From the IMG/VR virus record IMGVR_UViG_3300037560_000207, positions 32,001-96,000 of that record: a stretch of DNA of 64,000 nucleotides. One strand, written 5' to 3'. Positions 41,748 to 51,990 of this stretch are shown in pieces. This DNA is from a virus. The notes beneath the pieces were generated by a model. That model worked only from the letters and a program-made list of their open reading frames with translations, had not been told where the DNA came from and made no database searches. The position numbers were made by a program, and so were the translations under genes. The first letter of the stretch is position 1. The number at the start of each line of letters is the position of its first letter.

Positions 41748-42737
41748 ATGTTCGAGGTACCAGAACACACGTGTGATGTAGTTAAAATTAAGTTAGAATC
41801 TCATCCAAATGCTGATTCACTTAGTTTGGTGCGAATTGACGATTTCCAATGCGCTGTCCGCACCGAAGGTTGGAAGGACGGTGATTTGGCTGTCTATATT
41901 CCTTCCGAAAGTGTAGTGCCAGAAACTGAAGAATTCGCATTTCTGGGTAAACATCGTCGAATTAAGGTTCAAAAGATACGTGGTAAGTATTCTGCTGGTC
42001 TGTTAATTCATGCACCCTCGGGCGATAAGGTCGGCGATGATTGTATGGAACAATTGGGAATTGTTCATTATGAACCACTAGCTAAGGGTGATTTTAGTAC
42101 TGATGGTGAAAATGTAAAACCACCGAGAGTAAGTGAACGTTCAAAAGGTGGTTTGTTTACACCAGTATACGATGTATTGAACTTCCGAAAATATTCTCAT
42201 CTTTTCGAAGATGGTGAAGAGATAATAGTTACCGAGAAGCTCCACGGCACTTCAGCACGATTTGTTTGTATTGATGATACAATATATTGTGGGTCTCGTA
42301 GATTTTGGAAGAAAGAAACTACTGACAATCTATGGTGGAAAGCTCTTAAACAATATATGGTTCTTGAAGCATGGCTGCGACATAATCAGGAATTAATAGT
42401 ATATTCCGAAATTTTTGGCCAAGTTCAGACATTAAAATATGGGGCAACCGGAGGTCAGATTTTCTTTGCCGCTTTCGATATATTAAAAGGTACTCAATGG
42501 CTGGATTTTGATGAAGCACACACCATAGGATCACCACTCCCTTGGGTTCCCTTAGTTTATCGTGGACCTTTTGATAAAGAAAGAATACTTGAGTTTGCGG
42601 AAGGGGACTCAAGCTGGCCCGGTGCGCATCATTATCGTGAAGGTGTTGTTGTAAAGCCAGTACACGAGCGCACTGATCCTAAAATAGGACGAGTTCAATT
42701 GAAAGTAGTTGGGAATCGCTATTTAAGTAAAAGCTAA
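41748..42737 (+). CDS. ATP-dependent RNA ligase (DRB0094/Rnl2-like, N-terminal OB-like domain)
   Basis: HPNADSL N-terminus; TEKLHGT (motif I), YSEIFG, AFDI, VPLVYRGPF, REGVVVKP, RVQLK. Confidence 0.9.
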   Translation: MFEVPEHTCDVVKIKLESHPNADSLSLVRIDDFQCAVRTEGWKDGDLAVYIPSESVVPETEEFAFLGKHRRIKVQKIRGKYSAGLLIHAPSGDKVGDDCMEQLGIVHYEPLAKGDFSTDGENVKPPRVSERSKGGLFTPVYDVLNFRKYSHLFEDGEEIIVTEKLHGTSARFVCIDDTIYCGSRRFWKKETTDNLWWKALKQYMVLEAWLRHNQELIVYSEIFGQVQTLKYGATGGQIFFAAFDILKGTQWLDFDEAHTIGSPLPWVPLVYRGPFDKERILEFAEGDSSWPGAHHYREGVVVKPVHERTDPKIGRVQLKVVGNRYLSKS

Positions 42738-43131
42738 AAGAGTGAGGGAGTCAGATAATGAAGAATGAAACTAGGGAAATTATCATTATCGAAGACTTGC
42801 TTGGGCGGCTCATCGACTGGATAGGAGTAGATCAGGTACTCACGATGATTGTCTCCATATGCCACAAACAAGCAGATGAAATGGCCGCAAAGTCTACGGA
42901 CCCAGCCCTTGAGGCTGCGAGGGTGTGGACTGAGGCTGCCAATCGAGTTGAAACTGTTATTTTGGCAGGTCAGGAATGCGGCGTGGACTAGCCTAGTTGC
43001 TTTGTCCCCCTTTCAAAGCATCGGCAAGCCCACCTTTGTGTGTCATCGAAGGGCACTAACCTGGAGCTTTGGGGGTAACGACCTATACAGATGACTTAGC
43101 TCCTCATGTTCCGTGGGTGAAGCGGACCAGA

Positions 43132-43204
43132 GCCCCTGTAGTTTAATGGTAGAATGACAGGCTTTCAACCTGTTGGCGATCCGGTTCGACTCCGGCCAGG
43201 GGTA
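43132..43204 (+). tRNA. tRNA-Glu (TTC)
   Basis: GCCCCTG/CAGGGGT acceptor, ACAGG-CTTTCAA-CCTGT anticodon arm, CCGG-TTCGACT-CCGG T arm. Confidence 0.9.
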
Positions 43205-43587
43205 TTCAATAAAACAGAAAGGAGAAATTTATATGAAAGTTTGGGTAGTATACGCAGACATGGGATATGATGGATACTCTCATCCACTTGCAGCGTTCTC
43301 TTCCAAAGAAAAAGCAGTAGTATATTGCAATGCAGATCATAAGGATATCGACGAAGATGTCCTCCTTGAATGGGAAGAACTAGAAGTGGATACACAATGA
43401 ACGCATTTGAACGGGCTCGTCACTTTAAAAAATCTGAGATGCTCATTGTCAACCTGAATGAACACTACGTCGAATGCTTCGTATGCGGTGAGTTAACTTT
43501 GCCTAAATATGGAATACCCACATATGAAGATACAATACTTCCCAACGACTGGCCTGGAGAATGGTTTGGCCAAACGGTGTGTGAACG

Positions 43588-44154
43588 ATGTTTCATAGCG
43601 CAGGAACAGATACAAAGACCAACAGAAAAGGAGGAATTGATATGTCTTACATACGATGTTTAAGCAACCCAGAAGCATTATATGTCTATGGTGATGGTGA
43701 AAAAACGTGGTTCTTGTGGCAAGAAGAAATTCCTGCCGACAAAAGTTATATTGCAACTACAAATTATGGTGATGCCGGTTGGAGCGAATTTTTCCATGTG
43801 GAAAATAAATGCCATCATATGATCGGAGTTCCATCTAACGAAGTAGAGGAGTTTTTTCTTAAACTACATGAGTGGGAAAAATTAGATTATAAAGACGTTG
43901 ACATTGACCATCCATTTTCTCACGGCAATATGTCAGTGGTTGAGTGTCATATACTAACTGGAGATGATGAAGGAGAATGGAGAATTAAATTAACCCTCGG
44001 TCCCAATCTTCCTGATCTAATTATGTGGAAAGTCACTTGGGAATACTTAAAAAACAGTTTCTACAATCATATTCCCAATGTACCTTGGTATCGTAAGTGG
44101 ATTCAAAATCTGAAGCGTTCACTATCATGGCAAAGTACTAGGAAATCACTATGA
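43588..44154 (+). CDS. Hypothetical protein
   Basis: GGAGG RBS before the internal MSYIR start. Confidence 0.55.
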   Translation: MFHSAGTDTKTNRKGGIDMSYIRCLSNPEALYVYGDGEKTWFLWQEEIPADKSYIATTNYGDAGWSEFFHVENKCHHMIGVPSNEVEEFFLKLHEWEKLDYKDVDIDHPFSHGNMSVVECHILTGDDEGEWRIKLTLGPNLPDLIMWKVTWEYLKNSFYNHIPNVPWYRKWIQNLKRSLSWQSTRKSL

Positions 44155-46275
44155 ACAAAGAAATCATCCTACAAATAGTTGAGGAATCAAAAGAAATACC
44201 AGACTCATCTCTCAATTTCAACACTTGGTACTGCGAAGAAGATGGTGTAATTACCATGTGTCCCATTGGAAAGCATGTTCTTAATCACCAAGAGTTGATA
44301 AAGAAACTTGATGTCAGTTCAGAAGCTATGTTCCATAAGGGTCATCACAAAAAATGTTGGCACATCTCTCCAGTACGTCTAGCACAATATCTTAACATCT
44401 CTGATACGGCAATCGATTTATTATTCAATAATCCAAACTTAACCAGAGACCAATTCGTCGAATTGGTTAATAAATTTATAACAGGAGAGATAGAAATACG
44501 TGAATGTCAGCAAGAACACTGTGGTTATGTATATGTAACATTTCCAAACGATCCTGCGTGTGTCTGTGATAATTGCAAAGAAGACTTACTGGACATGTGT
44601 GGTATAAAATAGGAAGAAACGATGATAATCTATCAAATGGAAGCAACAGGCCCGCTCTACCTACTCAACGGTGAACATTCCATAATGTCAAGGAAAGTCT
44701 ATACAACAATGCCTAACGCAATAGAAATCCAAGAATTCAAGCAAAAATGCGGTCCAGAAGGAGGAGGAGTTCGTGATCTTGATCCGACGAAAATAACAAT
44801 TAAGATTGTCAAACTTGATCTTATTGACAACTCTTAAGCACTGCAAAATAATCGTGTAGCCCAAACCAATTCGGTCTGTGTAAAATAAGAGGATAAAGTA
44901 ATGAATACGGTAGAATTAAAAAATGGAACAACACATTTAGCTTCGTTTGTGTCTTCTATTAGGTCTGCGATACAACATTTGTTTTACGACGAGCCAATAG
45001 CGTTCAATGAACTTGTCCAATTATGCCGCAGTCCAGCCCATCCAATTTGGAAATCAAGCACTCGGGTACTTATTGAATATTCTCTCCTTACCAAAACAAC
45101 GACAGGATTTATAGTCCATGACGGCATTCGTGATATCGTCCTCTCAGCCACAGAAGGAAACGGACCAAATCTAAAACTGGTGAGCCCAGTTAGGAAGGGA
45201 ATTTAAATGTATCTATGTACATTTTATTGCTCACATCTTTCTCTACAGTAGTTTTAGATGACCTATGAAAAACGAAGATGTAGTAAGTGTAAATGCACCA
45301 CATTCTTTGGACGACACTACATACGCGATCTTGGCTGGCGATGGGTATGTGTCGAATGTGGTCATCGAATTAAACGTGCAGCCAAGTGGGGAATTAGAAA
45401 TGAGTGTAGAAATTGACCTGGCAAAACAGTTAGTTCAACAAATTGGATTTGCAAGATCATCGTTAGCTAACCGATGTACTGCTCTAGCAGAAAATATGCG
45501 CTTACTTGCAAGAAAATTAGACGGAGACATGCCTAATGATAGTCTTTGTATCAATGATCTGGGAGAAATTCAGTCACAGGGAACAATCATTGATGCTGAA
45601 TGTGGGCGGCTGGCAACCAGAATCGATATGTTACAGCTTCTTAAGCAAAACTTAGAAGGAGTCACTGAGTGAGATGTTCACAACCATATGGTCTACCACC
45701 GAAGCTATAGAATTTTTAAACAAAAACGCTTTCCGACTAGATCAATGCCCAATTTGTAAAAGAAATAGTGGTTATAAAAAAGAAGCTATTGGTACATATG
45801 GAATGGTCGATGAACTTACGTTGTACCGATATACTCTCCTTGATGGTAGTACGGCAGACGAATTTGTGCAAGATGAAATATGGGATTCAGGACCAATGAT
45901 TTGGCTTGGTCTGAGATGGAAAGACTCCGAGTTCAGATGGGCTGACAAAGAAATCGAGGACAATGACAATGAATTACCGGATTATGGACTGAGTGAAGAA
46001 GGGAATTATTACACTGAGCAAGAAGATTTACGAAGAAGGAACGAAAATAAATGATAATCAAAAACTTGAACCGGCCCAGTCTAAAACACAAGTTGTTCGC
46101 GGTATATCACCACCATGAGTATGGATCGACTCAGTGGTTGTTGTGGTCGAAATTCTTGCCAACGGAAGGACAAATCATCGAAGCGCTTGGTATTGACTTT
46201 GAACCTGAGAAGGATGAGTTTATCGATATTGAAGAAATAGTAAGAATTCACACGTTGTAAATGGAGGAATAACCC

Positions 46276-46590
46276 ATGAAAATTAAACTAACCAAAAGAT
46301 GGAAACGAAGACCACACTCTGAATCATCTGATGCAATGTGTGGATATATCCATTTAAAATGTGATTTCCGTATAGTAGGAAATAAAAATCAGGGAGTTAA
46401 TTTAACTAAAAAAGATTTACAATGGGCTGGTTCGGCATCACTAGTACAACACACACGATTTGGACCTATCCAAAAGTCGATAAAGGCGGCTCAGCAAGAC
46501 GCACAAAGATTAGCAGTGGAATTACTACAAGATATCCGGGATGGAACAAAGATACTCATGGATTACTATGAGATGGGGGAGGATGATTAA
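46276..46590 (+). CDS. Hypothetical protein, paralogue of 16009..16293
   Basis: Shared GPI..S...A..DA.RL..ELL.D motif. Confidence 0.6.
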   Translation: MKIKLTKRWKRRPHSESSDAMCGYIHLKCDFRIVGNKNQGVNLTKKDLQWAGSASLVQHTRFGPIQKSIKAAQQDAQRLAVELLQDIRDGTKILMDYYEMGEDD

Positions 46591-47384
46591 TGTCAGTTAA
46601 AATGGATTATGAACAAGCAGCAGAAGAATTACACGCACTTATAAGAGAATGCGACGCAGACACTTTAGCTGCTATATATGAGCAATCATTTGGTGCAGTT
46701 GAAAGCTGTGAACAATCGTGTGAAGGTGATTATTTTATAGCAACATACCACGAAGGGCTAGAACCGAAACCATTCGAACTCAGTGATTTCGAATTCAGAA
46801 AATTATTTTGGTCTCCATTCGAGCAGTACAAACACCTAATTGGGTGTGAATTCAAACCGGTTTCTGTTGAAACATTAGACCAAGGAGACGGACCATTTCC
46901 GTTATTCAAAATCAAATTTACATATGGTGAAGAAATAATAGATGCCTGGGAAGAAGAAGTAGTCACCCCATCATCTATCTTTGTTAATGACGAGCACCCA
47001 CCAAAAGACGAAGAACTACCAAAAAGAGGATACTGGTATGATTACTTGGGCAGATAAAGTTGCTTTTGTTGGTTTGACGGTAAAAGCTGTACCATCTTCT
47101 ATCTCGAAAGGTATTGGTTACCCTTATAGGGTCAAGTTGTGCTATAATCCCGGTCTCTGTTCATTCGGAGATGGACACACCATAGACGAAGCAATTAAAG
47201 ATGCGGCAATATCTATGCCAATTGATTGGACATCCGTAGAACGAAAAATTACTGAACTAGAATGGCAACGGATGTCTCATGTATAAAAGTGAACAAGAGG
47301 GTGGATGTTCCACCTTTTAATCAGATGTGGTGTGTAGCCACTTTACAAAGGGGTAAATATACCCCAATTTTATTGGAGTTTGTA

Positions 47385-47618
47385 ATGAATGAAGTAACGC
47401 TAGTTTCGAATGATGGTTGTGGCCTTCCTATTAGGATTCCGGTTACTGAAGGGACAACGCTGGAGAAGTTTCTGGAAGTCCATTTCGATGGTGACCCGAA
47501 TGAGTTCACAATTCGAGTAAGGGCAAATGGGACTACAGTAGAATGTCATCGGGATTATGTTTTGTGCGATGGAGATCGCGTTAGCCTCGCGCCAAACAAA
47601 ATCGAGGGGGCCGTGTAA
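47385..47618 (+). CDS. Ubiquitin-like (ThiS/MoaD-type beta-grasp) protein
   Basis: 77 aa from the GGAG-preceded ATG at 47385: TLEKFL...FTIRVRANG...DYVLCDGDRVSLAPNKIEGAV; beta-grasp pattern with Gly three residues from the end. Confidence 0.8.
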   Translation: MNEVTLVSNDGCGLPIRIPVTEGTTLEKFLEVHFDGDPNEFTIRVRANGTTVECHRDYVLCDGDRVSLAPNKIEGAV

Positions 47619-47711
47619 CTTCGGTTATGGGTTAGCCGTGGATGTATCTTGGTGGTAATATAATGCTATCATCAAAATGCTTCACAACCTTCTCTAATAG
47701 GTAACACTGCA

Positions 47712-47936
47712 ATGAAGTACGAGGTTGATGTCAAAGAAGTTTGGACGCGAACATTCACAATTGAGTCTGATGTTCCACTAACAATCCAAGAACTTCGAGA
47801 AAAAGCTAATGAGCTACTCGAAGAGGGTGAGGAAGAAGAGGTTCTTGATTATTCTAGTACTTGTGAGCCCGAGGAGTGGCCTGCAAGAATTGTTGAGATT
47901 GTAGATGATAGAAGAGTTGTCTCTTCTATGAATTAA
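47712..47936 (+). CDS. Small acidic hypothetical protein
   Basis: ORF between the Ubl and E2-like genes. Confidence 0.55.
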   Translation: MKYEVDVKEVWTRTFTIESDVPLTIQELREKANELLEEGEEEEVLDYSSTCEPEEWPARIVEIVDDRRVVSSMN

Positions 47937-47949
47937 TTTAAAGGAGAAA

Positions 47950-48204
47950 GTGATGAAGAAGGGTCCAGGAACGAACGAAGATCAGGTAAAGGCTCTCCAA
48001 ACAAAGGTTGGAGATGCTGGTGTAAAGAAAGCTGATGTAATCATTAGTCAATACACCCCGGAAGTAATTGCTCTTGCGTACAAGAGGGTACGTATCAACG
48101 CTGCTAAGAATAAACTTCCGAAGAATGTTACCAAAATGCTTGGTAAACTTTCGGATACGGACGCAGCAATTGTCCGTAATAAGCTGACGCAAGTTAAAGC
48201 GTAA
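47950..48204 (+). CDS. Small basic hypothetical protein
   Basis: AAGGAG RBS; between the Ubl and E2-like genes. Confidence 0.6.
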   Translation: MMKKGPGTNEDQVKALQTKVGDAGVKKADVIISQYTPEVIALAYKRVRINAAKNKLPKNVTKMLGKLSDTDAAIVRNKLTQVKA

Positions 48205-48218
48205 GTAAGATTGAGGAT

Positions 48219-48248
48219 TGGGGGCAGACCGCCCCCATTCCTTTTTTT
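48219..48248 (+). terminator. Rho-independent terminator
   Basis: TGGGGGC-agacc-GCCCCCA followed by ttcc and T7. Confidence 0.65.
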
Positions 48249-48336
48249 GTAGTGGAATGAATCTATGAATAGAATTACTTTGCAACCAATGGCATGTATT
48301 GGATGAGATCAAACATTTGTTCTAAGGAAATTAACT

Positions 48337-49614
48337 ATGAAAAAAGAGCGGCATCCATTAATAAATGAAAACAAAAAACTAATCCGCCGTGCTGCATTCA
48401 AATACTATAATTGGATGATGACAGAGTCGAAACATTCTGCCACCCTCTATGGGGATACAGTCCTGAGCCCCCTACGCGGGACCCCTGAAAATTTAGCCGA
48501 GATGAAAAAATGGATCACACGATTTTTAAATGGAATCAGTCCACGTATCCAAGTTGACCCGTGGGATGGAACAGAATGCATTGGCATCTCCAATCCAGAT
48601 GTATATAAAACCATTGCCACAGGTATGATTCCAAACTTGGGAAATGATATCATCGAAGACATTAATATAGCAATAGCCAGGCTCAAAATAACAGTAGAAA
48701 AAACAACAATCACGCCCTTTTCTTTAAAAGAAGCAATAGAAGAAATCATAATCATCACCAAAGCGTGGGAGAAGGTTAGTTTCCGAGATGACATATTATC
48801 AGTACTCGTGACTGGTGTCAGTCTAGAGGACGAAAATGAAACGGTGTCTCTGGGTGACTTTTGGGTGCATTTAGACCTCACCCATCCTTTAGGCTCACCA
48901 AATGTTGAATCGGTTGACAAAATCGAGTCTGAAAATGGATTCTATCATCCTCACGTATCTGGAGACGATGAACTCTGTGGTGGCGACGGCGATTTGCTAA
49001 TGAATGAAGCTCTCTGTCAAGGAAGATTAGAAGATTATTTCAGAATTGCCGAAGCAGTCCTTCGAACCTATAACAGCAATTCCCCACATGAAAATCTTTG
49101 TGAATGGTCTAATCCTAGCCACGAAGGAGACAACTATTGCGATAGGTGTGAAAAGTGGCGAGACGGAGACAGTACTTATTATTGTGAGGGGTGTGATAGA
49201 ACATACTGTGAAAATTGTGACCTGGGTGGTGGCTGTGTGTGCAATGAATGTGGTGAATGGCGATGTGGTGAATGTAGCTCCTCTTGTAAAGCCTGTAGAG
49301 AGACATCATGTTATGGATGCAATGAGAATCACTGCATCTATTGTCTAGATTCATGTATATCTTGTAATAATCATTGTTGCGAGTCATGCACACAATCCTG
49401 TACTAATTGCGGAGATGTAACCTGTAATGATTGTATGGAAACATGTGAATCCTGCGAAGATAATTGCTGTTCCGAATGCATTGATAAAAATTGTAGCGAA
49501 TGTAACAAGAACATCTGCAAAGAATGCCAGATGACTTGCGATCACTGTGGAATAGCTATGTGTGTTTCTTGTCTAGACGAACACAAGTGTCTGTTAGCTG
49601 AAATTCCTAACTAG
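48337..49614 (+). CDS. Prokaryotic E2-like (UBC-fold) protein with a C-terminal CxxC-repeat domain
   Basis: LGDFWVHLD...YHPHV-SGDDELCGGDG (HPH motif, candidate catalytic Cys214)...RTYNSNSPH, then about 18 CxxC units. Confidence 0.7.
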   Translation: MKKERHPLINENKKLIRRAAFKYYNWMMTESKHSATLYGDTVLSPLRGTPENLAEMKKWITRFLNGISPRIQVDPWDGTECIGISNPDVYKTIATGMIPNLGNDIIEDINIAIARLKITVEKTTITPFSLKEAIEEIIIITKAWEKVSFRDDILSVLVTGVSLEDENETVSLGDFWVHLDLTHPLGSPNVESVDKIESENGFYHPHVSGDDELCGGDGDLLMNEALCQGRLEDYFRIAEAVLRTYNSNSPHENLCEWSNPSHEGDNYCDRCEKWRDGDSTYYCEGCDRTYCENCDLGGGCVCNECGEWRCGECSSSCKACRETSCYGCNENHCIYCLDSCISCNNHCCESCTQSCTNCGDVTCNDCMETCESCEDNCCSECIDKNCSECNKNICKECQMTCDHCGIAMCVSCLDEHKCLLAEIPN

Positions 49615-50333
49615 AGTGAACGATAATCGTGGATTTGTTTGATTAGGGATAGAAATTCGTCGGGCATCTGATTTTGTTTCATACGATTGACAGCTTCAGT
49701 AACCCATTCGATATTGTCTATATCGCCTGCAAGTTCTGGAAATCTAGAGCGTGGCATGATATGGTCAACCCAAGCATTATCCCCTAATATAAGGTTGTCA
49801 CCAGTGTAGGAGCACTTATAGTTTTGGCCCTCTAATTTCGCTAATAAAGCATCAGCATATTTTCTAGACCCTAGATTGGATTGGGAAATATGCTTAAGAT
49901 AACACGATTGACATGTGATATGTAGGTTACCACACCTGGTTACTCCAGGTAATTGCGAGAATCGACCACAACGAACACACAAATCCAGTTTATTAAGTCG
50001 ATCAATACGATTTTGATGGAGATTTCTTAACCTTAACCAACATCTATTACACATCTTTCGACCATCCTCTGATGGATTTTTTCCGCAATAAATACATTTA
50101 CCATCATCTAATCTCTTTGAGCGAACTTTACGATCCTTATCTCGAACCCTGATCTTACACTTAGAACAATGCTTGCTGCCCTCAATAGGTTGATCCCCAC
50201 AGCGAGGACATAAACCTTTAGTAAGCCGTTCTTGATATTGTTTTTTTTGTCTAGCTGTCTCTTTGTCTACGCAGACTTTGCATTTTTTTGCTGGTCGTTC
50301 GTGTGGTTGCCCACAAGCACTACATTTTTTCAT
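49611..50333 (-). CDS. HNH endonuclease with a Cys-rich N-terminus, antisense insertion
   Basis: Eight CxxC pairs, then QNYKCSYTG...VDHIMPRS...DIDNIEWVTEAVNRMK. Confidence 0.8.
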   Translation of the reverse strand: MKKCSACGQPHERPAKKCKVCVDKETARQKKQYQERLTKGLCPRCGDQPIEGSKHCSKCKIRVRDKDRKVRSKRLDDGKCIYCGKNPSEDGRKMCNRCWLRLRNLHQNRIDRLNKLDLCVRCGRFSQLPGVTRCGNLHITCQSCYLKHISQSNLGSRKYADALLAKLEGQNYKCSYTGDNLILGDNAWVDHIMPRSRFPELAGDIDNIEWVTEAVNRMKQNQMPDEFLSLIKQIHDYRSL

Positions 50334-50398
50334 TATTTGTCTCCTGGGTTAATATATTTCTCTAATATATTATACACCAAAGAGACCAAACAAAGGGA

Positions 50399-51337
50399 AT
50401 GAAAATGGAAAAAACGGAAGAATTTTTGAAACCAAAAATGACATTCGGTGATACTTTAAGATTTACAGCCTATGCTTATGCCAAACTTTTATACATTAGA
50501 GATTGTGGGAACACAGAAGTTGCTGGATATGGTGTTACCGCAACCGAAGACCCGTTGTTAGTCACAGATTTCGTTCTTACAAAGCAAGAATGCACCGGAG
50601 TTACATTCGATTTAGACCTAGAAGACGGAGCGGAATATATGGAACGAATGATGGATGCTGGATTAATGCCCTGGATGTATGCTAATCTTCTCATTCATTC
50701 CCACCCCGGCAATTCACCCAACCCAAGCAGCACCGATGAGATCAATTTCCAAAAAGCATTCTCTCATCCAGATTGGGCAATTATGCTAATCATAGCCAAA
50801 GACGACTCTATGTATTGTCGTCTAAAGCTTAATACAGGCCCTGGCGTCGAAAAATTATTGAATGTCCAGGTTGATTTTAGTCAAGATTTCCAGGCTTCCG
50901 ATCGCAAAACATGGAAAATAGAATATGACTCCAAAGTCACCAAACAGATAATCCAGATAAAGGGAACAGCAGGTGTCTTTCCAAAACCAGACGATCCACT
51001 CTGGTGGAATAGAGATGATGAAAAGTGGGTCGGATTCCACCACGTACAACAATCAGAGACTGACCTTGAGGATTTAGAGTGTTACTGGAGCGCTGATGGT
51101 GATGTCCAATATTGGGATGATTACGATGATACGTGGTATACATATGAGCCCAATGCTCAAAAATGGTATATAGAAGACCCAAAGGACAATAATGGGAAAA
51201 TGATGGAAATAAAAACACCTAAAAAGCCATGGACAAATAAAGTTGTAGCATGGGCTATAAAATATGCCAATGAACGTGATTCTATATTAAATGATCAATG
51301 CCCAGAAGAAGAAGTAGAAGTAAAGGAATTAATATGA
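50399..51337 (+). CDS. JAB/MPN+ (Mov34) metallopeptidase
   Basis: TEVAGYG (catalytic Glu) and exact HxHx7SxxD (HSHPGNSPNPSSTD); Trp/Asp-rich C-terminal extension. Confidence 0.85.
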   Translation: MKMEKTEEFLKPKMTFGDTLRFTAYAYAKLLYIRDCGNTEVAGYGVTATEDPLLVTDFVLTKQECTGVTFDLDLEDGAEYMERMMDAGLMPWMYANLLIHSHPGNSPNPSSTDEINFQKAFSHPDWAIMLIIAKDDSMYCRLKLNTGPGVEKLLNVQVDFSQDFQASDRKTWKIEYDSKVTKQIIQIKGTAGVFPKPDDPLWWNRDDEKWVGFHHVQQSETDLEDLECYWSADGDVQYWDDYDDTWYTYEPNAQKWYIEDPKDNNGKMMEIKTPKKPWTNKVVAWAIKYANERDSILNDQCPEEEVEVKELI

Positions 51338-51990
51338 TAAATATCGCGGATCGAAACATCAGACAACAAGAACTTGTTCCCCCAGAAAAACTCGCTACAA
51401 CGCGAGCAACAGTTGTGGGGGTAGGAGCTATCGGTCGCCAGGTGGCTCTTCAATTAGCGGCAATTGGCGTACCCCAAATTCAATTGATAGATCACGATAC
51501 GGTCAAAGTAGAGAACCTGGCAGCACAAAGCTTCTACGAAAATGATCTAGATATTTCCAAAGTCTATGCAGTAGCCGATATTTGTCGAGCAATTAACTCA
51601 GAAATCCAAGTAGTCACTGCAAATCGTAAATTTCAATCAATCCAGTTTAGTGGCGGTGTATGTTTTTGCTGCGTGGACGGGATAGAAACTCGACGCAGAA
51701 TCTTTAATGCAGTCAATCAACGTGCTAGTCTGTTTCTGGACGCCAGAATGGCGGCTGAATACCTTCGAATACTTACCGTATGGGATGATATATCTAAGCA
51801 ATATTTTCCAACAACGCTATTTCCCTCTTCAGAAGCATACAGAGGCTCTTGCACCGCAAAATCTACGATCTATTGCGCAAACATCGCAGCGGGAATGATG
51901 GTAGCACAATTTGCTAAGTGGCTACGCGGATGTGATCTTGATAAAGATATTGATATGAATCTTCTAACGAATGAAATGGGAGTGAAGTGA
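51298..51990 (+). CDS. E1-like ThiF/MoeB adenylyltransferase
   Basis: GVGAIG, LIDHDTVKVENL, CCVD...R, LDARM, and a candidate thioester Cys in RGSCTAKST. Confidence 0.9.
   Translation: MPRRRSRSKGINMINIADRNIRQQELVPPEKLATTRATVVGVGAIGRQVALQLAAIGVPQIQLIDHDTVKVENLAAQSFYENDLDISKVYAVADICRAINSEIQVVTANRKFQSIQFSGGVCFCCVDGIETRRRIFNAVNQRASLFLDARMAAEYLRILTVWDDISKQYFPTTLFPSSEAYRGSCTAKSTIYCANIAAGMMVAQFAKWLRGCDLDKDIDMNLLTNEMGVK

Noticed and set aside
48447-49393. ORFs 48447..48920, 49046..49348 and 49115..49393
   Set aside because: Shadow frames of the E2-like gene and its low-complexity Cys-rich tail; no RBS or motifs.
51298-51990. Thiamine or molybdopterin biosynthesis (thiF/moeB) gene
   Set aside because: No thi/moa genes nearby; the neighbours are JAB, E2-like and Ubl, so a conjugation role is favoured and no symbol is assigned.
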